From contig NC_045697.1 of the NCBI RefSeq assembly GCF_009834535.1, positions 80,788,001 to 80,852,000 of the forward strand: a DNA stretch of 64,000 nucleotides. Direction: 5' to 3'. The position numbers and the translations under genes were made by a program. The notes under the pieces were generated by a model. That model did no database searches and had not been told where the DNA came from. It was given only the letters and a program-made list of their open reading frames with translations. Source of the DNA: Camelus ferus (lineage: Eukaryota). Numbering within the stretch: position 1 is the stretch's first letter; every line of letters starts with the position of its first letter. This document shows positions 26,371 through 38,796 of this stretch, piece after piece.

Positions 26371-27445
26371 TACTCTGTGGACAGGTGAATTGCAGTGACT
26401 AATCTTAAATATTAAACAAAACTTGTATTTCTCTATAATAACTCCCATTTTATCATCATGTTTTATTCTTCTTATAAATCATTGGAATAGATTTGCTAAA
26501 AAGTTATGAAATTTTACACGTCTTTTTGTGAGGTATGTGGGTCTGTGGTTTTCTATTCTTGTGCTGTCTTAGATATCAGAAAAATTCTGAGTTCATGGGG
26601 TGATTTGTAGAATATCTCTGTTCCTAAATTTTTTGGAGGAATTTATGTAAAATTGTTGTTATTTCTTTCTTAAATATTTGGTCAAATTCAGGGTCCAAGT
26701 TTCCTTTGGGGACAGTGTTTAACTACAAATCAACATCTGTAATAAATGTACAGCTATTCTGTTTAACAATTTCTTCCTGATGAGCTTTGGTAGTTCGTGT
26801 CTGCCAATGAATTTCATCTAGGTTGTCAAATCTATTATCATTAAGTTGCTCATAAAGTTTCTTTATTATTATTTAAATATGTATAAGGCCTGCGTGTATA
26901 AGGTAGTTATGTGTATAAGGTAGTTACATCCTCTAATATTCCTGATGTTGCTAAATTGTGCCTTTTTTCCTTTTTTTCCTGATCAGTCTGGCTAGACATT
27001 TATCAATTTTGCTGATCTTCTCAAAGAACCAGCTTTTTGTTTCATTGATTTTTTTTCTCTTTGTGTGTGTGTTTTTCATTTTATTGATTTCTGTTCTTAG
27101 CTTTTTATTTACTCTCCTCCTTACTTTGGATTTAATTCGCTCTTCTTTTTCTAATGTTTTAAGATAGAAGTCAAAGTCATTGATTTCAAATATTCCTTCT
27201 CTTCTAATGCAGGCACTTATTTCTATTGATTTCTCTGTAAGCAGTGTTTTATCTGCATCTCACAAATTTGACTACTTTGGCACAGATGTTGTGTTCTCAT
27301 TTTCGTCTAGATGAAAATACTCTCTAGTTTCTGTTTCAATTTATTCTATGACTCAGGAGGTCGTTTAAGAGTGTTTTAGTTTCCAAATGTTTGGAGATTT
27401 TCTAGGCATCTTTCTTTAACTGATTTCTAGTTTAACTGCATTGAT
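25195..27445 (-). mobile_element. L1MB/MC-like ORF2 region, degraded
   Basis: CCAATTGTCCTAGCACCATTCATTGAAAAGGCTATTCTTTCCCC, GCCTTGTTCCTGAC and TTTATCAATTTTGCTGATCTTCTCAAAGAACCAGCTTTTTG are antisense L1 ORF2 hallmarks. Contains a (TG)n(TA)n run at ~26314-26368. Confidence 0.85.
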
Positions 27446-28340
27446 GTTGCTTTAAGCCACTAAGTTTATGTTGTGCAGTAATTAGGTAATTGATAAAGAA
27501 ATTCTCATAAATATCTAGGTAAATGGGATACTGTTTCTGTCAGAGTTTTGTAAAGAAAACAAGAAGAGGTTTAATACAATAAATTATGTGCCTGCAAAAA
27601 AACATTAGAAGAGCTAGAAAAACAAAGGTCAGGAAAGGCATCACAGACTTTCAGGATTTCTGGAAGTCCCACCAGTGGCAAAGAAAATGATCAGAACTAT
27701 CATGTGCCTGTAGCACTGACACAGGTGATTTACAGAACCCTGAAGCCACTGGAAAAGCATCACATGTATCTTTTGGTCATATACTGACCTACTGCTGTCA
27801 GCGCAAAATGTCTCTGATTCTCTTTCATCTCCCAACTATTATGTGGTGCCTTTCAACAGAGAAACTTAAACTAGTACCCTGCTCAAGAGTGATCTTGGGA
27901 AAAGTAGGTTCCAGGCTTTCCAGATTCTAGAAAGACCACAGGATAAGATAATTCTTAATTATCTTTGGCTAAATTCTAACCTAGGGTAAAGATTCTCCAT
28001 CTCTTTATTGTCTTGTTGAAGAGTTTTCTCCTGAGCCATTCTGGAGTAGTGACCATAACTGCTGGGAGTGGGACCAAGGCTGATGGACTAGGTACAAACC
28101 CTGGTGCTGTCTTTCCAAGTCCCTGGGGTGCATCAGAGCATGTGTCCTGACTGAGTTCCCTTAGTGCTGTGTATATATACAAACTACACACTGTGCAAGG
28201 ACACATAGTGTTCCATAATTCACAAAACAATGATTTCAACACTTACAGAGTGTTTCATTCATGCCATCTCATTTGTTCCTTATAAGACTTCTCAAGTACA
28301 ATAAGAAAACTAAGACTCAAGGAAATGAAGTAGAATTTTA

Positions 28341-28523
28341 AAAGATACAAACTGCTATTTACAGAATAAACAACAAGGTCCTACTGTGTAGCACAGGGAA
28401 CTATATTGAATAACTTGTAAAACCTTATAATGAAAAAGAATATATGTGTATAACTTAATCACTATGCTGTACATCACAAACTAATACTACAGTGTAAATC
28501 AAATGTACTTCAATTTTTAAAAA
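28341..28523 (+). mobile_element. Short 5'-truncated young L1 (artiodactyl-type 3' UTR) inserted in a MIR
   Basis: AATAAACAACAAGGTCCTACTGTGTAGCACAGGGAACTATATT...ACTACAGTGTAAATCAAATGTACTTCAATTTTTAAAAA; MIR-like sequence lies on both sides. Confidence 0.85.
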
Positions 28524-30639
28524 GTCATGCAACTATCAGGACAGACTAATGTCAGATCGGATGCTAATCCAGTGCTCACGTTATTTTCAACTTTTGCATC
28601 ACCAATGGATGAAGACAGGATCACACAACAAAAGGTCAACTCCTAATATATAATCATTACTTACAATGGTTTATCAGAAATACTCCACCACTTCTATGAT
28701 AGGTAATAATTTAGTCAATATATTGATTTCAGTAAGATTTGCATCTTTCTCCTCGTCTTTACAATATTAGTATTGAGTTATATGTCTCTCATTGATGAAA
28801 TATAGATTCTATTGCTTTTTTTTTCAAAATTTAAAATGTTGGCAGATTACAGCTTTTAATGTATTTTTCTTTAGAGATGATTAGCATAGCTGGCTACTCC
28901 TTTAAAGTGAGTTTAAGCAATACTTTACATCTGATATAGTACCAAAACAAATCAAAGGAAGCAGGCTGAATTTAAGAAAGTTCGAGTAAGTTCTGGTGTT
29001 TTGGGGAGCTATATTCATTTTTGAAGCTATTAGCTCAAAAAAGTCTTTAATTATCCTAGATTATTAAGAAAAGAATAGCATTATAAGATTGAGCTAGGCT
29101 GAAAATGTCTTTTGATAGTTCTTTTTTTTTAAATCAAATACTATACATCTACTGTATTGTAGATGAAATTTGATTTATGCAGTAAATAAATTGGTATGTG
29201 TAAATGAGTCTTGGATTAAATAGTGAAATACATAAGCAGAATGATAGTCTCTATGATAATTAGATTCTTTTAACGTACACGTACACATTTTAAAGCTTTT
29301 GCCATTCAAAAATTTTTAAGATTTTAAAGCTTAGCTTTTTTAAAACGAAGCTTTTAAACACAAAACTAAATTTTTTCAGATGAGGCTATTAATGATGATG
29401 ATGAACAATTGTTGAAGACTTTTTCAACTTTTCTGTGCAATTAGGTTTGTGGTGCAAGCTACTTTGGCAAAGTTTTTGGCCCTGAGCCTTGGATCTGTGC
29501 CCTCAAATATGTAATGACAGATAATGATCAAATTAGTGTGCATAGATCTAGGTTTTATAGATGATGCCAACTCCTGTTGTGAGAATTTATTCAAATTCTG
29601 GTAGATAATTGTAGTTGCATTTAGCTGCAAGCTGAGGTGAGGCAGTCTTCCAGGAGCCACACCGCCTTGGAAAGGGTGCTAGCCCAAGTCCTTATGCCTG
29701 TTTCGCCACAAAGGTCTGCGTTTAATTCACAGCATAAAAAGAGTTGTTCTCTAAGTATTTTGCAGACTTCTTAATCTCAGAGTCAGTGCTGCACCATATC
29801 TACATCACGGTGAAGAAAAAGAGACTTTACAGGAGAATTTCTCATAGAATAATCACCCAATGCTATGGAACAAAGGATTACTACGGAATTTTTTTATTGT
29901 TTTGTTTTCATTTTAATTTTCTCGTAAAAACACTTTAAATACCCATGGACACATTTTGAACACACATATGCATTCACATAAAAATACTGCACATAATTTC
30001 AGAGGCTCATAGACCTGCTTTGAAACGTAAGGTTGGTCCAAGAATTTAGGGTAAGGATTCCTCTTGCCTGAGGCACTTTCAGATGTATCTATCAGCACTG
30101 TGCATGCACATTTTGGCTCCTCATAATTTCCAGCTGGTGTAAGGTCATTAGCCTATGTTGAGAGATTCTCTTTATCACTGGCAGAATGCATGTAGGTACA
30201 TTGTAATCCTTTGCTCAGCATCCTTTTCATAAATACCCTTGAAGGGGGTATTTCCTGAACTAAGGAGCTTATTGTGCTTCCCCTAAACAATTGGTGTTTA
30301 TCTTTTTGATTCTGAATTGTGTAATTGAATGTGATTTTTCAGGAAGTTTTCTCAGCAACCCACCATTATGAAGAAGAGAGGCCTTCATAGCATTCATTTT
30401 ATGTATTTGTCTCCTTGTTGACTCCATTTTACACTGATCATTGTTTGACCTTTGCCATAGTTTTCTCACTACTTCTAGTTTACATTCTAGCAATGTGTAG
30501 TTGAACAGTATACTAAGTCCTTAGGAATAAAAAAATTTATTTTAAATTATAAGTTGCTTTTGTACATGTAAGGAAAATAAGTCAACTGATTAATTTTTCT
30601 TACTAAATACCAAATATAGTGTTGGCATGTAGCAGCGGA

Positions 30640-30984
30640 AAATACCTAGCATCAGATAGATCGGAGTTCAAATACTGTCTCCGCTACTTTTAATAATCTT
30701 GACAAAGTTAGGTAATCTCTAGGAGGCATTGGTTTCCTTATAGAGTTTCCTTCCTAAATGGAGGACATAACTTTATTCGATGTCTTTATTTGCCATACAT
30801 CATCCTAAGTTATTTATATAAGACATACATTGTCTAATTATTTTGACAATCTATGAGGAATTTATTATTCACCTCTTACAACTGTGGAAATTGAAGCTCA
30901 GAATGATTAATAAGCTTGCCCAAGATTAATACAGCTAATAGATGGTAGAGTATAGATTGAAATTTGGGTCCAATTTAACTACAA
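30640..30984. mobile_element. MIR fragments
   Basis: GGAGTTCAAATACTGTCTCCGCTACTT and TTACAACTGTGGAAATTGAAGCTCAGAATGATTAATAAGCTTGCCCAAGATTA core motifs. Confidence 0.65.
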
Positions 30985-31084
30985 NNNNNNNNNNNNNNNN
31001 NNNNNNNNNNNNNNNNNNNNNNNNNNNNNNNNNNNNNNNNNNNNNNNNNNNNNNNNNNNNNNNNNNNNNNNNNNNNNNNNNNNN
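30985..31084. other. Assembly gap (100 N)
   Basis: Run of 100 n, usually a placeholder for a gap of unknown size. Confidence 0.99.
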
Positions 31085-31312
31085 AAATAAAGTCTGTTTA
31101 GTTATAGTAGTTATAAAGTCTGTTTATTATAATTCAAATTGTAACTTGTGACCTCTCCTGTTAAGGGTCACCTTTCTACGGTATAGTAAGCAGTAAAAAA
31201 GGTATATTTCGTACATGCCTTCAGTCAAACCAAGTGGCAGATGCTTCTCCACACTGCCTTCTTCTCCCTGCCACTCTCAGGGCTGCCTGGGGTACTTCAC
31301 TATGGTTAACTC

Positions 31313-31868
31313 TGTTGCTAAACTCAGGTTTGGCTGCTGGCTGCTGGAAAGTCAGTACTCAAGAGGCAAGTGCTGGGATAAACAGAATGTTTGCTTTAAT
31401 CAGAAAGCTGGCATTCTTGGGAGAAGGCAGGCTTGTGTCCCAAAACCAACTCCGAAGATTCTGCTCAGCCATGAAAGTTTTTAAAGGAAAAAAGGGGAAG
31501 TGATCTCAGTTAGTCATTGAGATGGGGGTCAGACTTGTGGCCATCTCCCATTGCATGCAGGCTGGTCTACTCCTTGTGATCTGTCTTTAGATGCTGTCTC
31601 ATTCACAGTTTGTTCTGCGAGATTACTGAAGGAGAAGCTGGGGGAAAGTTCTGGTCATCTGTTCATTACTTATTCTTCATTTTTACTTCTTTGATCTAGG
31701 AAGGCACCAGCAGGTTAGGCAAAGTATTATGTGATCAAAAAATTTGAAGGGTGTGCTTGGGCCAGAGGTTAGTTAAAATATAGCTTTGCTGAAGTGACAA
31801 AACAAAAGGGCCCTCCTGCAGAGAGCTCTTTTCTGCAAAGAGCACTTAACTGCCAAAAGCTGCTTACA
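31313..31868 (-). mobile_element. ERV1-type solo LTR (lineage-specific)
   Basis: Minus strand runs TGTAAGCAGC ... TTTAGCAACA (TG..CA termini), with an ATTAAA polyA signal (GCTTTAATC ~31393) and 4-bp flanks ACTC/ACCC. Confidence 0.8.
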
Positions 31869-33869
31869 ACCCTCCAGAACACCAGTGCCACCATCCTCTC
31901 GTTTTCATGCTGTGATTGTCATACAGGGAAAGTCTGACTTCTCTTTACTGCCCTCTCCCAGGATTTCTTATACCTGCACCTAGAATAAAGGTTACAGACT
32001 CAGTAAAGATTTCATGATAACCAGAGGGAATTTTAATCTGAAATCATGGTTTGGGAGATGGACAGGAAACCTAAGACTGGTTGCTAATGTTCAAGAAAGT
32101 GTGTTATAATCTCTAAAACTCCTGCATGTGCTGTCTTGCTAGCCTTGTTTCATCTGTAGTACAATCCTAATCTCATTCTTTCAGAGAAAGTGGCTCCTTT
32201 AAAACTTCACCTCTAAACTCAGAGATGGTCTCAGGCTCTAAAGTCTGTTTTCTTTCCTCAATAGGGCAACACGCAGGTCTCAGTAACTTACAAGGTCACA
32301 TTTATTTCCCTGTGTCCAAGATACTCAGAATAATCCAGGATGCTTTTGGTATGCCAATCAGAGTCCCTTTGTGATTTCATCTCCAGTGTGATAGCTCTTC
32401 CTTCTTTTGCTGGGACAGATTCTGTTCTTTTACTGGGTTTCCCCCCAACACACTAGTTTCTCAATGAAAAGAGCAACTCTCTGTATTTGACAGCATTTTT
32501 CTGATAGTTTTTATGGTCTGGTTTCTGAAATCTCCTGATAATCCTCAAATCCATCCTAATTTACACCTAGAGAAATGAGCCATGGGATAACGAAGAAACA
32601 AAAAAAGTCTGGCAGCAGTAACAAGTGACAGGTCATAGAGAAGAAGACATAGGAGCAATTAGAACAGCGAAGATGTCTGCCAGAATTTTTGGCAAAAAGC
32701 AAGATATGGCTTACACAAAGTATCAAGTCAAGGATAGGGGGAGAAATGTTTCTGTATTGTAATACAGAATTGATATAAAGTAATTACCCTGAGTCACCAA
32801 GTAAATGCTTAAATACATTCAATCTACTGTCTTTATTAAGGCAGGGAACAACATAATAAACTTTATGAAGCTGTTCATATATATTTTATATTCTACCTCT
32901 CACCTAAATTCTGAATAATTTGATTGTTTCTGAATTAACTTATGTGATTATATCATAATATTAGCTGAGTAACCTCTGAACTAGTTAAAATGTTTTTTCT
33001 TACTCTGCCTCATGCTGACATTCAGTCAGGGAGTATAACAAATGATCCTTTTAAGAAGTAAGATTCACTTATTTTTCTTGAAATACATTTGTCTGCTAAA
33101 TTACTATTTAGTAATACTAAACACTTACATAATTCAATGACTAAATTTCTATTAGTAATTTGTAAATTTTTGCTAGGTTAATATCTATCAAGTTGGTTTT
33201 AGTTTAATTCTGCAGTTGAGTCCTCCAGTTCTGGGCTTCAGTAGTATAATAAACATCGTATCACTTACCACTCTCTCAGCCTTCTCTAGACTACACACAT
33301 AACTGAAATGGAAAGCAGCTATCATCTGTAAAGTCTTCTGGTGTGTTAAAAAGCAGACTGCTAGCTAGAACTTATACTTAATTATCCGACGTGAAAATTA
33401 TTTAGTTTATCTGTGTCTCAGTTTGCTCAGCTGGAAAAAAAGGAAAATTTTCTCCCTTAATTTAGATGTTGGTGTAAAAATATATGTGAAAGAGCTGTAT
33501 TTGAAGTTGGCAGAAAAGAGATGATCATTTTTATTATTTTCGATAGTCAGAGGAACATAGCTGTTACCTAATGAGAAAAAAAAGTTTTCCCCATTATTTT
33601 CGCACCCCAGTTCTTTTCTCATTACAGAAATGGGCTGAAATATGGCTTTGGAATCCTGGTTGATGACTTGGAACTTATTCTTTTAGAGGAATACTACAGT
33701 AACTGCTAATGGCATAATCAGGATTGTCTAATCCATAGAAACTAATGGAAAAGGATTCCCCACCTACACTAGAGAGAGAATTTTTCCCTGATTCTCTCTT
33801 TTTTGTATATGTTTGAAGTAGGGCATAGTAACAATATTAAAAGACAGAGAATTACTATTTGATGATAAT

Positions 33870-34730
33870 TCTGCTGTTTATGTAATAATAATTCAACAAG
33901 TTTTTGAGAGCCAGGTATTTCTAAATGCTGTGAGAGATATTATTATGAATAAAGACAGACATATTGATGCAAAACTATCAGAAGGAAAATGCTAAGTGAA
34001 TAAGATACTAATTCCTCTTGAGGGTACTGAAGAGGACTGCATTGAAGGAATGAGCTCTGAGTCTTAACAATTGAATTGTATTTTAAAAGGAGAACAATGA
34101 AAAGAGGATTTCTAGTTATATATTATGGAATTATATAGAACAACATAGAATATATATTATATATTCTAGTTGCATATATATATATACATATACAGATATA
34201 TGCAAAAGATTGGGAATAAGTAGCATGTTTATGGAATCATGAGGGATTCAGTGGGTTTGGAAATTTAGCAGGCTTACGAAAAAAAAGTTGTGGGGGATAG
34301 ATTGGAAAGGTATACTGAGGGAGAAGACAAGATTGTGGAAGAATTCTGAGTGCCCTATTTATTTTAGATTTTATTGTATGTGTAATGGAGAAATATTGGC
34401 ACTTCTGAATTATGGAAGCAAGATTTGTGTGTGACAAGCAGTTTATATTTTCACAATTCAGTCAGTGCCTCACTGGATGAGGATAGGGAAAGATGCAATC
34501 ATCTGTGCAGAGACAGACTAAGCTGACTACTCTTGGCTAATAGAGAAAGAAGATACAATTAAGGATGTTTCAGGGAAATGATCAGTACAACTTGGCATAC
34601 TGGACATAAAGTAAAAGAGAAAAAAATAATCAAAGGTGACTCTAGGACATAATAGATCACATAGCTGAAGTAAATGGAGATGTCATTTATTGGGATGAGA
34701 AATCCAGAAAGAGGAGTATGTTGTCAGTGG
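33870..34730 (-). mobile_element. L2 LINE remnants
   Basis: ATTCAACAAGTTTTTGAGAGCCAGGTATTTCTAAATGCTG and ATCAAAGGTGACTCTAGG are L2-like motifs. Confidence 0.6.
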
Positions 34731-34971
34731 TTCTTGTGCTCAAGTGTATCTATCTAGTATGGAGTTTGACCTTTTTTAAGTGGAACTGTTCTGGGTGCTG
34801 AAAATGCCATGATGTGACTCCGTGATTGGGTTTCTGACGAATAGTAGAGATACGGGTTTCAGAGTAAGGAAGTTCAGGGTGTCTGTCGGAAGGCTCATCA
34901 ATATTGGATTCATCAATTTATTTATAAGGTAAATAGCAGGAGACAGGCTGGAGATAGAGTAATATTTTTCC

Positions 34972-35550
34972 TAGGCAATGGTTTTTGAAATTTCCACCTT
35001 GGAGTCACATCCTCTAAGTATTTCTCAAAGCATGGCCACCTGTGCAGCAGCAACAGCAGTTTGGAACTTTCTCAGGACACAACATCTTAGATTCTATCCC
35101 TTACCAAAATCAGGAATTCTGGGTATTTAAGGGCCGGAATCTGTGCTTTGAGAATATCACCAGGTGATTCTGATTCACTCTAAAGGGTTTCAGTTTTGAT
35201 TGTACTTCATCTGGGCATGTCTAAAATATACTAATGCCTGGACCCCTCTAGTGATTCTGCTGTAGACAAGTGTGTGGCCTGGGCATCAGGACTGGGAATT
35301 TTGGAAGTTCCACAGGTGATTCTGATGTGCAACTAGGGCTGAGAACTGTTGTTCTGAAGAGTAATGACAAAGAAATCCCAAGAGGAGCGTTCCTCAAACT
35401 TTAAAGTGCAAACCAACCATCTAATGTTACTCTTTAAAAGTGCAGATTCTGATACAATAGGTCTGGGGTGCAACCTGAGAGCCTGCACTTCTAGTCGGCT
35501 CCTCTGTGAGCCATATGTGACCATAGACCGTGCTTCAAAGAGCAAAGGTC
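34972..35550. mobile_element. Cluster of MER5-like hAT-Charlie MITEs
   Basis: Repeated MER5 motifs: GGAATCTGTGCTTT...CCAGGTGATTCTGAT, GGCCTGGGCATCAGG...CAGGTGATTCTGATGTGC and GCAGATTCTGATACAATAGGTCTGGGGTG. Confidence 0.8.
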
Positions 35551-35948
35551 TAGGGCATATTTGCCAGGCATATATGATAACATCTTCCACAGATGTGAAG
35601 AAACAAGGGATTAGCTGGGGATAACTAGTTTGGCATAAGAATTGGTTACGCAGGAAAAGAGATCAGAAGTGGGAGTAGAAACCAAAAAATTTTACAAATA
35701 TATTCAATTTTTATAACATTTTTAGATCTAATCGTCCAAAAACATAGCACTTTTTAAAAAAAGACTAGTCTTTTAAATCAAAATATTGGACTGAGCTTGC
35801 CTGAAGGGGTCAAAATTAAATTTTTGCAGATAGGCTCCAAGAGAATCATTGTATTATCATATTTCTGCCATGTTCTCCTGGAGAGGACATGGGTTTAAAC
35901 TTCTGATACAACTTTGATAGTCCCACTAAATGCTATTCTGGGAGAATT

Positions 35949-36140
35949 AAGAAAAGGTAAAGTAAACTCTGCAGAATCTCACTGGGAGTCATGATGTAAT
36001 TCTGGCCAAGATCATGCCAGCAAGCAGGGCAGGAGAACACTTGGGCCTTAAAGGCGCGCTGTAAGCAATCTTTACAGACATTGTGGAGGCAATCTGTTGT
36101 CACAGGCTGGTAAACTAGCTCCTGGCAGCAGACACACATT
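35949..36140 (-). pseudogene. UHRF2: UHRF2-derived cDNA fragment encoding the C-terminal RING finger
   Basis: Translation [63 protein letters not shown] closely matches the recalled UHRF2 C-terminus ([72 protein letters not shown]). The match is contiguous and stops before FPGYSKGR. Confidence 0.92.
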
Positions 36141-37429
36141 GAAAAAAAGCCATCTCCCATCTTCCCAAGATCCAAAAGGTTTGTGGGTTTTTTACTAACT
36201 ATACCATATTACCGAAAATAACAATATCATATTAATATTTAATTAGAAATATACAATTATAACAGTAATTTTAAATATCTAATTTATTAAATAAGTTATA
36301 AAATATATTCAAAATCACTTATATAATTACCTTATTAATATAGAAATATACCTTTTCACATTTCTTAAAAATATTTTATTCAACATCTTCATATGTATCT
36401 TACAAAAGTAGTCTCATCACCATCAGAGTTACTTGTTGAATCCTTTTTGTTGACAGAACAAAATTTTGTTGGTCCACATTTTTTGAGACAGAACACATTT
36501 TGGATCAATATATGTTATTCTCACTGGAAAATTTATCCTGAGAATATACAATCACAAAACATTAAACATTATTTTATATTATCCTATGTACATGTGTTTA
36601 TAATCTCCCCAACATAACCACACTTTCTGCTTTGCTTTTTAAGTAAACTTTAGAAATCTTGTTTAAAATCAAAAACTTTTAATTATGATGTCACGTCAGT
36701 GAGAGTAATGAAGAAATGTGTATGAAGTTTTTTCTTGTTTTCTCACCAATTTATTCAGTTACTCCTTTAACACTAGTATTGACATACATGGTTTAAGACT
36801 AATGTCTGCAAACAGTATTTGATTAGTCAAAATTTAGTAAATTGAGAGAGGAACAGCAATAAGTAGAATTTTATGACCTTGGATATCAAGTAACTATATC
36901 CTTTTATCTGAGGGTTAATGTTTTAGGAGAAAAAAAATTGGCTTATATTTGATTATGCCCAGCAGTAATATTAAGATTTAGTTCATAGAAATTTTACCAT
37001 TGTTTTAAAGCAAATTTATGCTAATTATCATGACTTCCGAATTCTATATTCAATTTTATTTGTATTTGTATCTGAAACTGATTCTGATTTTAAAAATTAC
37101 GATTTAGGAAATTCTCTAAAAGGTGTTTAGATATTATATAAAAGTAATATACATCCTACACACTCTCTTTTACTAGACTGAGGCCCCTGTGGAATATACT
37201 TTTTCTGTGTAAGGTCTTTCTTGCTGGGAGAAGTAAATTACTAGGATGATATCTGGAAGCAAAATTAATTCAACCTTAATCTTAGGGATTTTCTCTTTAA
37301 ATGTAGTAATGCCTAAATTTGACCCTACATTAAAAAATTATATTTACCTGTATGTCATCCAACTTTTGTTAGTGGCAGCAAACTCAAAATTGCAGGGGCT
37401 CCTCAATACTCATTTTTAACTGTTGTGGA

Positions 37430-37770
37430 TGTGACTGGAAAGCAGTTCTTCGCTGGGCTTCATTGGCCTCAGCTCAGCTCCAGGAGTCCTGTCAGGCCTG
37501 TATCCATTTCTGAAGGAAGGGCTGCCATCTGAGACATGGTGTTCTCATGGCAGAGGACAACTGCTTAAATAGGACAGAACCAACCCAGGCAAGGCATTTA
37601 AAGCTTCTACTTGGACAGGGTGTGTGTCATATCTGCTCACACTCCATTGACCCAAGCAAGTTACGCGGTGAAGCCAATGTCAGTGGGGCAGGAGGACATA
37701 TTCTCTACCAATGGGGAAGCATGACAGGGGTGGGGAGGAGACCGATAATTGTGAGCAAATAATACATCTA
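37430..37770 (-). mobile_element. Old MaLR LTR (MLT1J/K-like)
   Basis: GGCATTTAAAGCTTCTACTTGGAC...TCATATCTGCTCACACTCCATTGACCCAAGCAAGTTAC...AATGTCAGTGGGGCAGG. Confidence 0.7.
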
Positions 37771-38642
37771 CTCTAGCCTATCAACTGATAACTAAATCAC
37801 TTTGCTGAGTGTCTTGTACTCTGTAAAGTTTACTTTTCACATCACTAGAATTAAAGTTAATGTAATTGAATGTGATGGACACATGCTGCTTTCGAGTACC
37901 TACAATGGCCATGAAATTAGATGAAGGTTAATCATATGAAGATCATATCAAAGTTGAGAGAAGATATTGAGTATGTTTTCTAATGTACTTACAGTTTCTC
38001 ATGATGCCATTAGTAATAATTTCCTTTATGTTTTTTAACTTCTCAGAATAATTTTCATATCTAAGGTCTATTTGGGAATTTTTCCTTCCTGTACTATTCC
38101 TGTCAGTGCAGTGTTCAAGTCTGGTTCTCCTCCAGCTCTCCTCGAGATTATAGGAGGTATTTAATTTCCTTTAGTATTTCTGCTAAAGTAGTTAGACTAA
38201 ACCCTTTTCTATATATATATATCCTGTGGAATGGATATATAGGCTTCAAGAAGTTAGTGTATAAGAAGGTACCTAGCATATGGAATGCATTTTAAAAGTC
38301 ACATCCTTTTTTAGTTCTATGGTTTCATTATGAAAATGTTGATACATTTGCTACTTTTAAGAAGTACTTTATTGTTGATTTTTTGGCATGATGTCCTCAA
38401 ATTCTTAAGAATTGCTTACCCTGATTTTTCTCATTGTCTCTGAAAGCCTGGGAGTGGTAATGAGCATAAGAAGAAAAGCAATTTTTCCACCACTTTCTGA
38501 AGATGCCTCTAAGCCAATCATTTGTCCCAGGTTACCAGGGGCAACTCCAATTTAAAATATGCTGTTTCACTTGCCCGTAAGTATTCTTTTATGTATGACA
38601 TCTATGTTTCATGTTTTGTTTCACAAAAATACACTATCCTTA

Positions 38643-38796
38643 GAGCTTCTGGGTTGGCGAACATGGAGATTCAGGGAAAGGGGTGCTGGATGAGAGGGCA
38701 TGGAAGCTCCACGCCCTTTCCCCTTACCTCAACCTATGCCTCTCTTCCATCTGGCTGTTCCTGAATTGTATTCCTTTGTAACAAACCAGTAATCCA
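38643..38796 (+). mobile_element. MER21-type LTR segment fused to the 5' end of the NOL10 retrocopy
   Basis: GAGCTTCTGGGTTGGCGAACATGGAG...GAGAGGGCATGGAAGCTCCACGCCCTTTCCCCTTACCTC...CTCTTCCATCTGGCTGTTC...CCTTTGTAACAAACCAGTAA matches the MER21 family as I recall it; truncated on both sides. Confidence 0.8.

Noticed and set aside
29272..29360. Cluster of AAGCTT/TTTAAA palindromic words
   Set aside because: Low-complexity AT-rich sequence with no regular period or long stem.
31088..31126. Direct repeat ATAAAGTCTGTTTA next to the gap
   Set aside because: It sits at a contig end, so it may be an assembly artefact.
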